Assembly: GCA_029821875.1 (NCBI GenBank)
Contig: JALGXW010000010.1
Location: forward strand, 3,859 to 67,858
Direction: 5' to 3'
DNA from: Candidatus Hebobacterum abditum
GTDB lineage: Bacteria > Armatimonadota > Hebobacteria > Hebobacterales > Hebobacteraceae
DNA: 64,000 nt
In this document: in pieces, positions 39,591 to 48,638 of the stretch
How the letters are laid out: each line of letters opens with the position of its first letter
Position numbering within the stretch: the first letter of the stretch is position 1
Translations under genes and position numbers: made by a program
The notes under the pieces: model-generated
What the model was told of the DNA's origin: nothing
Databases searched by the model: none
The model's input: only the letters and a program-made list of their open reading frames with translations

Positions 39591-40430
39591 ATGAAACCAA
39601 AACGAAGTATCCTCCTCCTGCTACTCTCGGTGCCAGCGCTCGCGCTGATCGTGCTGCCGATCGTCGGCCTCTTCTGGCGTTCTCAGTTGGGCCAGATAGG
39701 CTCCTACGTGTGCTGCAGACCCGTGGCAGAGGCCCTCACGTTAAGCCTCACGACGTCCGGCCTGACGGCCATCCTGATTCTGCTGGTTGGGACGCCACTG
39801 GCCTACTGGCTCGCCTTCGTGGACTTCAGGGGAAAGCGCATCGTCGACACCTTGGTCGATTTGCCGGTTGTATTGCCGCCAGTCGTCGCCGGTGTCGCTC
39901 TGCTCATCACCTTCGGTGGGTTCGGGCTGCTCGGCAGATACCTCAACCTGGCCGGTATCAGCATACCGTATACGATGGCCGCGGTCGTTCTCGCCCAGAC
40001 CTTCGTCTCGGGCCCCTTCTACGTTCGCCAGGCGCGGGTTGGCTTTGAGAGCGTGCCGAGGCAGCTCATTATGGCCTCGATGACGATGGGTGCATCTCCC
40101 CTGCGGACCTTCTTCCGAGTCACCGCGCCGCTCGCCTCGCACGCCATGCTGGCGGGGCTGGTCATGGCGTGGGCGAGGGCCGTTGGAGAGTTCGGCGCGA
40201 CGATGATGTTCGCAGGCAACATGCCGGGCGTGACCCAGACGATGCCCCTTGCGATCTACGCGATGTTCGAGTCGAACATAGAGGCGGCGATCGTTCTGTC
40301 TCTGACGCTGGTGGCGATATCCTTCCTCGTTATCGTAGTGACGAAGTTCGTGCTTATTCCCGGTCGGGAGGGAGAGCAGACGCGGTTCATGTCCGCACTC
40401 TCCCGGAGCGCCGAGGGGGCCGCGCCCTAG
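39591..40430 (+). CDS. modB: Molybdate ABC transporter permease
   Basis: DLPVVLPPVVAG, WARAVGEFGATMMFAGN..G.TQTMPLAIY. Confidence 0.94.
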   Translation: MKPKRSILLLLLSVPALALIVLPIVGLFWRSQLGQIGSYVCCRPVAEALTLSLTTSGLTAILILLVGTPLAYWLAFVDFRGKRIVDTLVDLPVVLPPVVAGVALLITFGGFGLLGRYLNLAGISIPYTMAAVVLAQTFVSGPFYVRQARVGFESVPRQLIMASMTMGASPLRTFFRVTAPLASHAMLAGLVMAWARAVGEFGATMMFAGNMPGVTQTMPLAIYAMFESNIEAAIVLSLTLVAISFLVIVVTKFVLIPGREGEQTRFMSALSRSAEGAAP

Positions 40431-41665
40431 AGGTCGGGCAGACGGCCTAGTCTCCGTCGCACCGCGCGCAACAAGCGACGGTCCACCGGCCCGCACTCGG
40501 TGAGCAGCTGCGCGAACCACGACACAGGTGTCGCATCGAAGGCAACGTTCATCACCCTCACTCCGCGCGCTCGCGCCAGCTTCGCCGGGTCTTGTGGGGC
40601 CAACGCCGCGGGCCAGCCCGGCGGACAGACCTTGTGTGTCTGCGAGACTACGTAGCACGGGACCCCGCTCTCTCTGCCGGCGAGCGCAGCCAGCCTGGTG
40701 CCAGCCTTGTTGATGACCTGGTCGTCCGCGGTGATCGCGTCGGCACCCACGAGCACGGCGTCACACCGCGGGGCGAAGATCCCAACCTGTGCGTCGCTGA
40801 TCAGTGTGACGCGCATTCCCGCTGAGGCTAGCTCGCGGGCGAACGAGATACCTTCGCACTCGGGCCGAGACTCCGTCACGACCACCTCCCGGCCCGGCCG
40901 CCACCATCGGAGCAGCGTCTCCCGGCAGGCACTGCTCGCGCTGTGCGTCAGGATCCTCCGGCGGCCTCCGAGAGCCGCGGCAGCCTCCCGCGCCGATGCC
41001 TCGGTGGCAGCCTTGACCTCCTCGGTGAGGCCGCCCGTCGAGGCCGACGCACTCAGCGCTCTCGCCGCCAGATGAGGGAAGATGCCCATCGAGGGGCGGA
41101 GGGAGGCAAAGGCGAGCAGGGCGCGCCTGCGGCTCCTCCCCCTGACGCGGCCAACTGCTCGCAGGCCGGCCAGGGCCAGATCCGTCGCGCCACGCTCCGT
41201 GTCGGTCGCGATCTCTCCGAGCGCCTGCCAGAGCGGATCGGACCCCCATGGCGGCCACACCCTCGCGAGACCATTGGCAAGTCCAGGCACCGTACGTCGG
41301 CAAGCGACCTCATCGGGAGGCACCCACTCCGAGGCGGCCGATTCCCAGTCCGCCTGGATGGCCGCTCCGGGCCGGAGCCGGAACAGGAAGGTATACACGA
41401 GCCACCGTTTGGAGACGACTCGGTCTCTCACCAGCATCGGAACACCGATGCCGCGCAGGACAACCTGATCGGCGGCGACGCCGACCTCCTCCTCGATTTC
41501 GAGTAACGCCTGCGCCAGAGGCAGGCGCTCGAGGTAGCCGCTGACACCGGCCCACCGGCCGGCGTGGGTGCCAACGCGGTCACTGCGCTTCAGCAGCAGG
41601 ATCCTCCCACGTCGGTACAGGAACGCGGTCACGACAGGTATTGCATCGAGCGAGCTGATTGACAT
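40427..41665 (-). CDS. NUDIX hydrolase fused to eIF-2B/ribose-bisphosphate isomerase-like domain
   Basis: ILLLKRS..VGT..GRWAGVSGYLE...EIEEEVG; LTHSAS, ESRP..EG, VGADAI, NKAGT, FDATP. Confidence 0.85.
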   Translation of the reverse strand: MSISSLDAIPVVTAFLYRRGRILLLKRSDRVGTHAGRWAGVSGYLERLPLAQALLEIEEEVGVAADQVVLRGIGVPMLVRDRVVSKRWLVYTFLFRLRPGAAIQADWESAASEWVPPDEVACRRTVPGLANGLARVWPPWGSDPLWQALGEIATDTERGATDLALAGLRAVGRVRGRSRRRALLAFASLRPSMGIFPHLAARALSASASTGGLTEEVKAATEASAREAAAALGGRRRILTHSASSACRETLLRWWRPGREVVVTESRPECEGISFARELASAGMRVTLISDAQVGIFAPRCDAVLVGADAITADDQVINKAGTRLAALAGRESGVPCYVVSQTHKVCPPGWPAALAPQDPAKLARARGVRVMNVAFDATPVSWFAQLLTECGPVDRRLLRAVRRRLGRLPDL

Positions 41666-41783
41666 GGCCGCAGGCTATGTTAACGTCACCGCGCCAGGAC
41701 CGCAACCGACAGCCGCCGAACTCCCTCAGGCCATAGGGAGATAGAGGCAAGTCTGAGCTGATGTCAGCCTGGAGGAGAGAGCA

Positions 41784-42815
41784 GTGCCCAGCAGCAAAGC
41801 AGTACTGGCGACGACGCAGTGGGGATACCGGGAGGCCCCGGCCGAGGTGAACCCATACGGCGATGTCTTCTCGCTCGATGCGGCCCGACAGTGGTCCCGG
41901 GAACAGATAGAGGGTGCCGTGGAACTGGTGGGCCAGGCCGGTGAGCAGAATGCAGACCTGGTGGTCATGGGCGAAGATATCGCAAGCCTGGGATATGCGC
42001 TCACCTACCTCGACGATCCATCGGTCTTCCGGACACTCGCGGGGGAGACGGCCGCACTCGCGCTGCAGGCCGTGGGCGAGGTAGCCAAGGACCATTCGAT
42101 GCATGTCGTGGCGTGCTTCTTCGAGCCCCAGGGCGAGCACATCTACAACACAGCAGCCTTGTTCGGGCGCGACGGGAGCGTCCTGGGCCGCTACCACAAG
42201 GTGCACCTGCCGGTATACGAGACGTGGCTCGTCACACCGGGAGACTCCTTCCCAGCCTTCGAGACAGACATCGGGATGGTTAGTGTGCTGATCTGCTACG
42301 ATGACATGTGGTGTGAGTCCAGCGCGGCCTGTGCGCTGAATGGCGCCCGCATCATCTGCCACCCGACCGCCTATAGCCCGCCTGAGTACCGCGTCCGGAC
42401 CCGGTCGATGGACGCCCAGGTCTTCTACATCACCTCGACTCGCAGCGGCTCCCGCATGTGTGCACCCGACGCGACGATCCTTGGCGATTGCGGCGAACAG
42501 GGCGACGGCTTCGTGACCGCACAGGTAGACCTGGCGACGGCCTCCCTGGGTCCGGAGAACTTCTGGGAGTATCTGTACTCCGGGATCCGAGACCATAGGG
42601 AGCGCCACCTCAAGCTACGGCGCGCGGACGCATACGGGCGGCTCATCGATGATCATCCTCCTGCCCTCGATGCCTACCCTCCCGGCGGCGTCCGGAACAC
42701 TCCCGAAGCGATCCGCGACGTGTACGAGAAGCAGAAGGAGGACTACCGGCGAGGCCTGCGCGGAGAGAAGCAGCTCTATACGTGGGACTGGTCAGATGCG
42801 AAGCCCGGCGGCTGA
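41784..42815 (+). CDS. Carbon-nitrogen hydrolase (nitrilase superfamily)
   Basis: E-K-C triad: VMGED, YHKVHL, ICYD. Confidence 0.88.
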   Translation: MPSSKAVLATTQWGYREAPAEVNPYGDVFSLDAARQWSREQIEGAVELVGQAGEQNADLVVMGEDIASLGYALTYLDDPSVFRTLAGETAALALQAVGEVAKDHSMHVVACFFEPQGEHIYNTAALFGRDGSVLGRYHKVHLPVYETWLVTPGDSFPAFETDIGMVSVLICYDDMWCESSAACALNGARIICHPTAYSPPEYRVRTRSMDAQVFYITSTRSGSRMCAPDATILGDCGEQGDGFVTAQVDLATASLGPENFWEYLYSGIRDHRERHLKLRRADAYGRLIDDHPPALDAYPPGGVRNTPEAIRDVYEKQKEDYRRGLRGEKQLYTWDWSDAKPGG

Positions 42816-42923
42816 GAGAGGGATAACGCCTCCCCCACAGAGGCCGGACTTGCCGAGCAGGAACCGAAGCGATCCATCGCTGCCCGCAGGAGCCTGTTCG
42901 GTCAGCGCAGAAAAGCGTATGCC

Positions 42924-43817
42924 GTGACCCCACAGGAACTGGAATTCACCGAGATAACGATCCTGACCCATCCGGAGGCATCGGAGGGCGTGACAGATGC
43001 GTTGCTGGGCGCCGGCGCCACCGGCGTTGCGGAGGAGCGTCGGCCCCTACACGTCCGTGTCACTGCGTACCTGCCAAAGGACGATGGGTTGGAGGGCCGC
43101 GTGCACCAGGTGAGAGAGCGACTGGCTGCGCTCGAGAGGGAAGGCCTGCGCATTGGCCCTGGAACCATCGGCCTTCGCACTCTCGAAGAGAAGGCATGGA
43201 GTGAAGCGTGGAAAGACCAGTTCGAGATACTCAAGGTCACGCGGGGCCTCGTCATCGTTCCCAGCTGGGAGGAGTATGAGCCGGAGGAGGACGAGGCCGT
43301 TGTGGTCCTGGAGCCCGGGGCGGCCTTTGGGACAGGTGGACACGCCACAACGCGGCTCTGCCTGCGCGCGCTGGTGCAGCATCTCCGGCCGGGCGACCGT
43401 GTGGCCGATGTCGGATGTGGCAGCGGGATTCTTGCCATCACGGCGGCCGTGCTCGGGGCCACTAGTGTGCTGGCGACCGACAACGACCGGACGGCGCTCC
43501 CGGTTGCGCAGGCCAACGCAAAGCGCAATGCCGTCGTAGATCAGACTCGCTTCGTGGAGGCTGACCTGCTCGGCGAGGTCTCGGGGCCCTTTGACCTCGT
43601 CGTGTGCAATACCGTTGCCGAGGAGGTGATCCGGCTCGCCGAGAGCCTGCCAGCCCTGCTGAGCCGGGGAGGCCGCTGCATCGCTTCGGGCTTCGTCACA
43701 GCCAATATCCCGCGCGTAGAGGACGCCCTCAGCCGAAGTGGCCTCGACATGCTGGAGACACCGAGCGAGGAGGGATGGGCCGCCTGTGTGGCGGCGCGGC
43801 CGGACCGCGGCCGCTGA
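42924..43817 (+). CDS. prmA: Ribosomal protein L11 methyltransferase
   Basis: W...WK..F, PGAAFGTGGH.TT, DVGCGSGILAI. Confidence 0.93.
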   Translation: MTPQELEFTEITILTHPEASEGVTDALLGAGATGVAEERRPLHVRVTAYLPKDDGLEGRVHQVRERLAALEREGLRIGPGTIGLRTLEEKAWSEAWKDQFEILKVTRGLVIVPSWEEYEPEEDEAVVVLEPGAAFGTGGHATTRLCLRALVQHLRPGDRVADVGCGSGILAITAAVLGATSVLATDNDRTALPVAQANAKRNAVVDQTRFVEADLLGEVSGPFDLVVCNTVAEEVIRLAESLPALLSRGGRCIASGFVTANIPRVEDALSRSGLDMLETPSEEGWAACVAARPDRGR

Positions 43818-43909
43818 CCCTCCGGCGATCCTCGGCCGGGAGGCGGCCATTGCCCTGCAGCGCGGCACTGTGGGAACGCTCGCACAGCCGCCAGGACCGA
43901 GGTGCTTGC

Positions 43910-44326
43910 GTGATCCCGTCCCTTGGCATAGACATCGTGCAGATCGACCGAATCAGGCAGGCGCTGCGGCGGCGTCCGCGACTGGCGGCACGCCTGTTCA
44001 CTGACCGCGAGCGCACCTACTGCGAGCGGAGAGCAGATCCGGCGCCTCACTACGCAGCCAGATTCGCAGCCAAGGAGGCCGCCGCCAAGGCCATAGGGCG
44101 CTGGCTCCGATGGCAAGAGGTGGAAGTTGTCAACGATTCCGCGGGCAGGCCGAACTTGGAGTTTCACGGCGACGCGGCCCGCCTGGCCGGCACCGCCAAG
44201 GGAGGCCAAGCCCTGGTCTCTCTGTCGCATGAGAGGCACTACGCCGTCGCCTGTGTCTTGCTCGTGATGCCCCAGGGAGCCGCCGGCCTGGACGATATCC
44301 TGCCACGAGGGGGTGCGCGCGTGTGA
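43910..44326 (+). CDS. acpS: Holo-ACP synthase
   Basis: GIDIV, RFAAKEAAAKA, G.P, VSLSHE. Confidence 0.93.
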   Translation: MIPSLGIDIVQIDRIRQALRRRPRLAARLFTDRERTYCERRADPAPHYAARFAAKEAAAKAIGRWLRWQEVEVVNDSAGRPNLEFHGDAARLAGTAKGGQALVSLSHERHYAVACVLLVMPQGAAGLDDILPRGGARV

Positions 44327-45900
44327 AAGTCGTTACCGCACGGCAAATGAGACAGCTGGATGCAAAGGCCATCGACGAGCGGGGAATGCCGGGACTGACT
44401 CTGATGGAGAACGCCGGACGCGCGGTGGCCGATGCCGCGCTGAGGCTGACAGAAGATGTCCCAGACCGGCCGGTCGTGGTCCTGTGCGGCCGCGGGAACA
44501 ACGGTGGAGATGGCTTTGTGGCGGCTCGCCATCTGCGAGAGAGGGGCCGTCAGGTGCAGGTGTTCCTCGCGGCGGCGCGGGACGAACTCAGCGGAGACGC
44601 GGAGGCGAACCTCGAGCGTCTGGAAGCGGCGGGGTCGAGCGCCGATGTGCTCTCAGATCCTGGACCCGTCAGCCAGGCCTGTCCCGCGGCCGGCCTCGTT
44701 GTGGACGCTCTGCTCGGCACGGGCCTCAGGGGGAAGGTGCGCGGCCTTCCGGGCCAGCTGATAGAAGCCGTGAACGAGTGCGCTGTGCGTGTGCTGGCCG
44801 TGGACGTTCCCTCCGGCCTCGACGCGGACACGGGCGAGCCACTGGGTCTCGCCACTCGGGCTGTCGAGACGGTCACGATGGGGCTGCCGAAGCTCGGACT
44901 GTTCCTGTACCCGGGCACGGACTACGCCGGCCGGGTGACGATTGCGGAGATCGGCTTCCCTGCCGACCTGCTGGACGAGGCCCCGTCCGTGGCCGACTTG
45001 ATTGACCCGGAATGGGTGCGCATGCTCCTGCCGCGCCGCGAGCCGAGCGCCCACAAGGGGAGGTTCGGGCGGGTGTTGGCCATTGCCGGTTCGGCCGGGA
45101 TGACTGGTGCGGCTTGTCTCTGCGCCCAGGGAGCGCTCCGCGCGGGAGCGGGACTCGTCACGGTGGGGGGGCCGGCGAGCATTAACGACATCCTCGAGGT
45201 CAAACTCACCGAGGCTATGACCGTCCCCCTGCCGGAGACCTATGGGCGCACTCTCGACACGCGGGCGCTTGCTCTGATCCTCGAGTTGGCGGAGGATGCC
45301 GACGTGCTGGCCATCGGGCCGGGGCTGTCCCGGGAGCCTGAGACGGCTGTGTTGGTGCGAAGACTCGTCGCACGTGTGGAAAAACCAATTGTGGTTGACG
45401 CGGACGGGATCAACGCGCTAGCAGATGCGGCCCTCATCCTCGAAGGAGCGCACGCGCCCGCAGTGCTGACTCCCCATCCGGGAGAGATGGCTCGGCTGAT
45501 GGGCGTCGCCGCCGAGAAGGTACAGTCGCGCCGCGCTCACTTCGCGGAAGCTGCAGCCAAGCGCTTTGACGCAACTATCGTGTTGAAGGGTGCGAGGTCT
45601 ATCATTGCCCACGCTGGCCGGCCCCTCACCATCAACCCAACCGGCAACCCGGGCATGGCCACCGGCGGAACCGGCGACGTGCTCACCGGAATGGTGGCGG
45701 CCCTCATCGCGCAAGGGCTACTGCCCTTCGAAGCGGCGGCCGCTGCCACCTATCTCCACGGCCTCGCGGGAGACATCGCCGCCAGTCAACTCGGCGAGAC
45801 GAGCATGGTGGCCAGCGACGTGCTCGCGGCCGTCCCCGAAGCGGTCCGGCGAGTCGCCGAAGGAGACCGCGAGGAGCGTCGGTGGAAACCGGCTCTGTAA
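44323..45900 (+). CDS. nnr: Bifunctional NAD(P)H-hydrate epimerase/dehydratase
   Basis: LMENAG, GRGNNGGDG, DALLGTG, HKG.FG, LTPHPGEM, GGTGDVLTG. Confidence 0.95.
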   Translation: MKVVTARQMRQLDAKAIDERGMPGLTLMENAGRAVADAALRLTEDVPDRPVVVLCGRGNNGGDGFVAARHLRERGRQVQVFLAAARDELSGDAEANLERLEAAGSSADVLSDPGPVSQACPAAGLVVDALLGTGLRGKVRGLPGQLIEAVNECAVRVLAVDVPSGLDADTGEPLGLATRAVETVTMGLPKLGLFLYPGTDYAGRVTIAEIGFPADLLDEAPSVADLIDPEWVRMLLPRREPSAHKGRFGRVLAIAGSAGMTGAACLCAQGALRAGAGLVTVGGPASINDILEVKLTEAMTVPLPETYGRTLDTRALALILELAEDADVLAIGPGLSREPETAVLVRRLVARVEKPIVVDADGINALADAALILEGAHAPAVLTPHPGEMARLMGVAAEKVQSRRAHFAEAAAKRFDATIVLKGARSIIAHAGRPLTINPTGNPGMATGGTGDVLTGMVAALIAQGLLPFEAAAAATYLHGLAGDIAASQLGETSMVASDVLAAVPEAVRRVAEGDREERRWKPAL

Positions 45901-45958
45901 GGATCACAGTGCGGCATCCCCTGGGAAGGGCCTCGTTCTGAGGTAGGCGCTGGCGAGC

Positions 45959-46558
45959 ATGCACGACGACATTGCATCCCCTGCAGTCGCTCAGGCCGCC
46001 GTGGCCGCGGTCCTGCTCATCGGTGTGTTGGCTCTCTACCTGCTGAGGTTCGCTCGGTCTTGGCGGTGGGTCGCGGTCGCCCTGCTCGTATGCGTGCTGG
46101 ACCAAGCGGCCAAGGCGGCCATCTCGCCGAGTGGCGGGCAGCACCGGGTGTCGTTGCTGGGGGGCTGGCTGCGGGTCGCGTACACGGAGAACTGGGAGCA
46201 GGGGTTCGGCGGTAACGTTCCCTACCTGCTCGCGACGACTGTGCTCTGTGTCGCCGCCCTCTACCTGCTGTACGAGCGGTTGCTCAAGGCGCGCTACCGC
46301 ATGTCTCCCCTGGCCGAACTCGCGGTGGCTCTCATGGTTGGCGGCTACATGGGCATTCTGCTGGACCGAGTGCGGCTCGGCTTCGTGGTGGACTTCCTGG
46401 AGTTCGGGCGGGCCAGCACCTTCGTCTACAACGTCGCCGACCTGGCCGTCTTCCTGGCTCTGGCGCTCCTACTGGCGAGGGCGGTCCAATGGGGAAGGCA
46501 GGTGTGGTCCCGCAGATCCGGTCCGCGGGAGAGGGCTGTCGGATGGCCGAAGACCTAG
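45959..46558 (+). CDS. Signal peptidase II (LspA)-like protein, divergent
   Basis: LDQAAK, DRVRLGFVVDFL, YNVADL. Confidence 0.7.
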   Translation: MHDDIASPAVAQAAVAAVLLIGVLALYLLRFARSWRWVAVALLVCVLDQAAKAAISPSGGQHRVSLLGGWLRVAYTENWEQGFGGNVPYLLATTVLCVAALYLLYERLLKARYRMSPLAELAVALMVGGYMGILLDRVRLGFVVDFLEFGRASTFVYNVADLAVFLALALLLARAVQWGRQVWSRRSGPRERAVGWPKT

Positions 46559-46980
46559 CAGCGCTGGGGCGGCGCGTCGCCCAGCGATTCATCGTCAGGG
46601 GCGTGCGCCCGAAGCCCAGTGCTCTGGCCGAGCAGATGGGCGTCGAGCTCATGCAGCAGGAGGCGCCCCCGCCCGCCCAGCCGCGACTCCGGAGCGAGTA
46701 CCGCGCGGCCCCGCCCCGGATCGTCCTCTACTGCGATCCGATAAACGAACTCGACGCGGCCATATATGCCAACCAGCGGTTTGACATGATGAGGTGCGAC
46801 CTGCTGGAAGTGCACGTCGCGCATGAGCTGTTCCATCACATCGAGTTCGGCCAGCGATTCGGCGCGTTGACTCCGGACGAGGTGGAGGCGGCCGCGCACG
46901 CCTTCGCACAGGCACTGCTCGAGTTGGACTTCGAGCCGGCTGAGCTCTCCGACCTGGCGGCACCAGAGCCTCACCTCTAG
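46543..46980 (+). CDS. Small HExxH zincin-like protein (ImmA/IrrE-like)
   Basis: HVAHELFHHIE...EVEAAAHAFA..LL. Confidence 0.65.
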   Translation: MAEDLAALGRRVAQRFIVRGVRPKPSALAEQMGVELMQQEAPPPAQPRLRSEYRAAPPRIVLYCDPINELDAAIYANQRFDMMRCDLLEVHVAHELFHHIEFGQRFGALTPDEVEAAAHAFAQALLELDFEPAELSDLAAPEPHL

Positions 46981-47023
46981 GGGGTTCCTCGCCCGGCACT
47001 CCTGGCACTGGGAGGCGGCTCCC

Positions 47024-48166
47024 CTACTCGGAGGCGGCAAGCACGACGTGCGCCCGCTCGTCGTCCACTCCGCATACCCTCCCGGCCGTGCAGCTCCGGC
47101 AGAAGTCAGGCGAGTTGCCGCTGTTCACTCGACGCCGCAGGTCTCGGTAGGCCGAGCCGTTCCAGACACTCCAGAAGCCGCTCTCAGACAGATCGCCCAC
47201 CACGATGGAGCTCGGAGCGTAGCAGCATGGATGCACCTCGCCGTTCCAGCGAACGAACATCACCTTCCAGGGATCCGTACACCGCCCGGCCGCTTCCGGC
47301 CCTGCCACACCAAAGCGCTCCGGAAGCTCCAGGTCGAGGCCCACCGCGCGAGCGCGCTCTTCCGCTGCGTCGAGCATTTGGTTGGCCAGCTGCTGATGGT
47401 AGAACAGTGACTCTCCCCGGAGTTCCTCGCCGTGCACGACCATGTACTGAACGGTGAGATTGTCGGCCCCCATGTCCGCAGCCAGGTCGACCATCGCCGG
47501 AAGCTGCTCGATGTTCCGACGCATGGCGACGAACACCACGTGGATTGAGGGGTGGGACGTTCCCGCCTCACGTTTGAGTCGCGAGATCTGTCGCACTCGA
47601 CTCGCGACATCAGACAAGGCGATGCGGGGACGGATGGAGGCATAGGTCGCCTCCTCCGGCGAGTCGACGCTGATGTGGAGATGCTGGAGGCCGGAGGCGA
47701 CGAGATGTTCGGCTCTCTCCTCTGTCAGCTGATACCCACTGGTCTGGAGCGCAACGCGAGCTCCCAGTGATGAGAGACGGTTGAGGAGTTCGTCGAAGTG
47801 CTCTGCCACCAGCGGCTCGCCGAAGCCGCCGAGCACAACCACCCCCACCCGCGGAAGCACGGGAACCAGGCGTTCGAAGACATCCCTTCTCAAGTCCCCG
47901 TAGTCCCACTTGCGGTAGCGCCGAGCGCACATCAGGCATACGATGGGACACCGTCCGGTGATCTCCAGAAACAGCGTGCGAGGAGTGCTTCGCATCACCT
48001 CCGCTGGGCGGCCGGTCTCCCAGTCGTTTAGCCGTTGTTCCCAGGCCTGGGGCGAGAGCCCGTGGAGGCGCGCGGAGGCGAGGGAGGGCAGATCCCGCAG
48101 GCCGTAGCCCTCACGAAGCCGACTGAAAGGCCAGGCCAATGCTCTTAGCAGTCTCGCTCGCGCCAT
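47024..48166 (-). CDS. Radical SAM protein with C-terminal SPASM/twitch domain
   Basis: CPIVCLMC, GGFGEPL, CTDPW...GEVHPCC...WNG...FCRSC. Confidence 0.92.
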   Translation of the reverse strand: MARARLLRALAWPFSRLREGYGLRDLPSLASARLHGLSPQAWEQRLNDWETGRPAEVMRSTPRTLFLEITGRCPIVCLMCARRYRKWDYGDLRRDVFERLVPVLPRVGVVVLGGFGEPLVAEHFDELLNRLSSLGARVALQTSGYQLTEERAEHLVASGLQHLHISVDSPEEATYASIRPRIALSDVASRVRQISRLKREAGTSHPSIHVVFVAMRRNIEQLPAMVDLAADMGADNLTVQYMVVHGEELRGESLFYHQQLANQMLDAAEERARAVGLDLELPERFGVAGPEAAGRCTDPWKVMFVRWNGEVHPCCYAPSSIVVGDLSESGFWSVWNGSAYRDLRRRVNSGNSPDFCRSCTAGRVCGVDDERAHVVLAASE

Positions 48167-48347
48167 CGGACCCGCGGGAACACCTCCGGCACTTCATTTC
48201 CGTCAAGTGTGCGCGTCCCCCTTGCCAGCCCCGCGCCCGCGATCCCAACACAAGGCGGGCCGCGGGTCGTAGGCTGGCATTGAGTCCCCACCGTGACGAA
48301 AACCCACCACAGTGGGGGATATATACACAAAAGCTCACAAACGGCCC

Positions 48348-48375
48348 TTGCCTCTTGCCCGGCGACGTGTAGGAT
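48348..48375 (+). promoter_or_regulatory. Candidate sigma70 promoter with no downstream protein gene
   Basis: TTGCCT-N16-TAGGAT after an AT-richer tract, directly before the structured element. Confidence 0.45.
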
Positions 48376-48476
48376 AGTCTCGGCTGCGCCGTCAGCAGCT
48401 CAATCAGCGTGAAGCCGAGCCGACCGTCCGCGAGGGCGGTCGGTCGGCTTTGACGGCCATCCAGGGCGCCGAGACT
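48376..48476 (+). ncRNA. Candidate novel structured ncRNA with bulge antisense to prepilin GFTLIELL codons
   Basis: Nested stems AGTCTCGGC/GCCGAGACT, GCCGTCA/TGACGGC, AAGCCGA/TCGGCTT, CCGACCGTCC/GGGCGGTCGG closed by GCGA tetraloop; G-U pairs favour + strand. Confidence 0.6.
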
Positions 48477-48638
48477 CCAGATTCAGCGGCCTCCGCGCCA
48501 GTGCGGCGACGGAGCCACTGGGACTGCGCAGACCGCCGCCATCGTCGCGTGCCCGACTCATGCTGACTCGCCATCTCCTCCCGGCAGTGGAGGTAATCAG
48601 CTACAGGACGGCACGTGCATCGGGAGACAACTCGCCCT

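Noticed and set aside
48111..48416. Minus-strand frame starting GFTLIELL as a prepilin gene
   Set aside because: In-frame stop shortly upstream, no ATG/RBS before the motif, no hydrophobic helix after it, and the frame runs into the radical SAM gene
48376..48476. Assignment to SRP RNA, 6S RNA or yybP-ykoY riboswitch
   Set aside because: Lacks the SRP GGAA loop/AGCAG helix-8 pattern, too short for 6S, no GGGGAGUA motif and no downstream gene on + strand
48404..48574. 56-aa ORF MASQHES... as a RiPP precursor for the radical SAM enzyme
   Set aside because: GGAGGAG abuts the ATG with no spacer, composition looks like GC-rich non-coding translation, and no RRE, peptidase or precursor motif is evident
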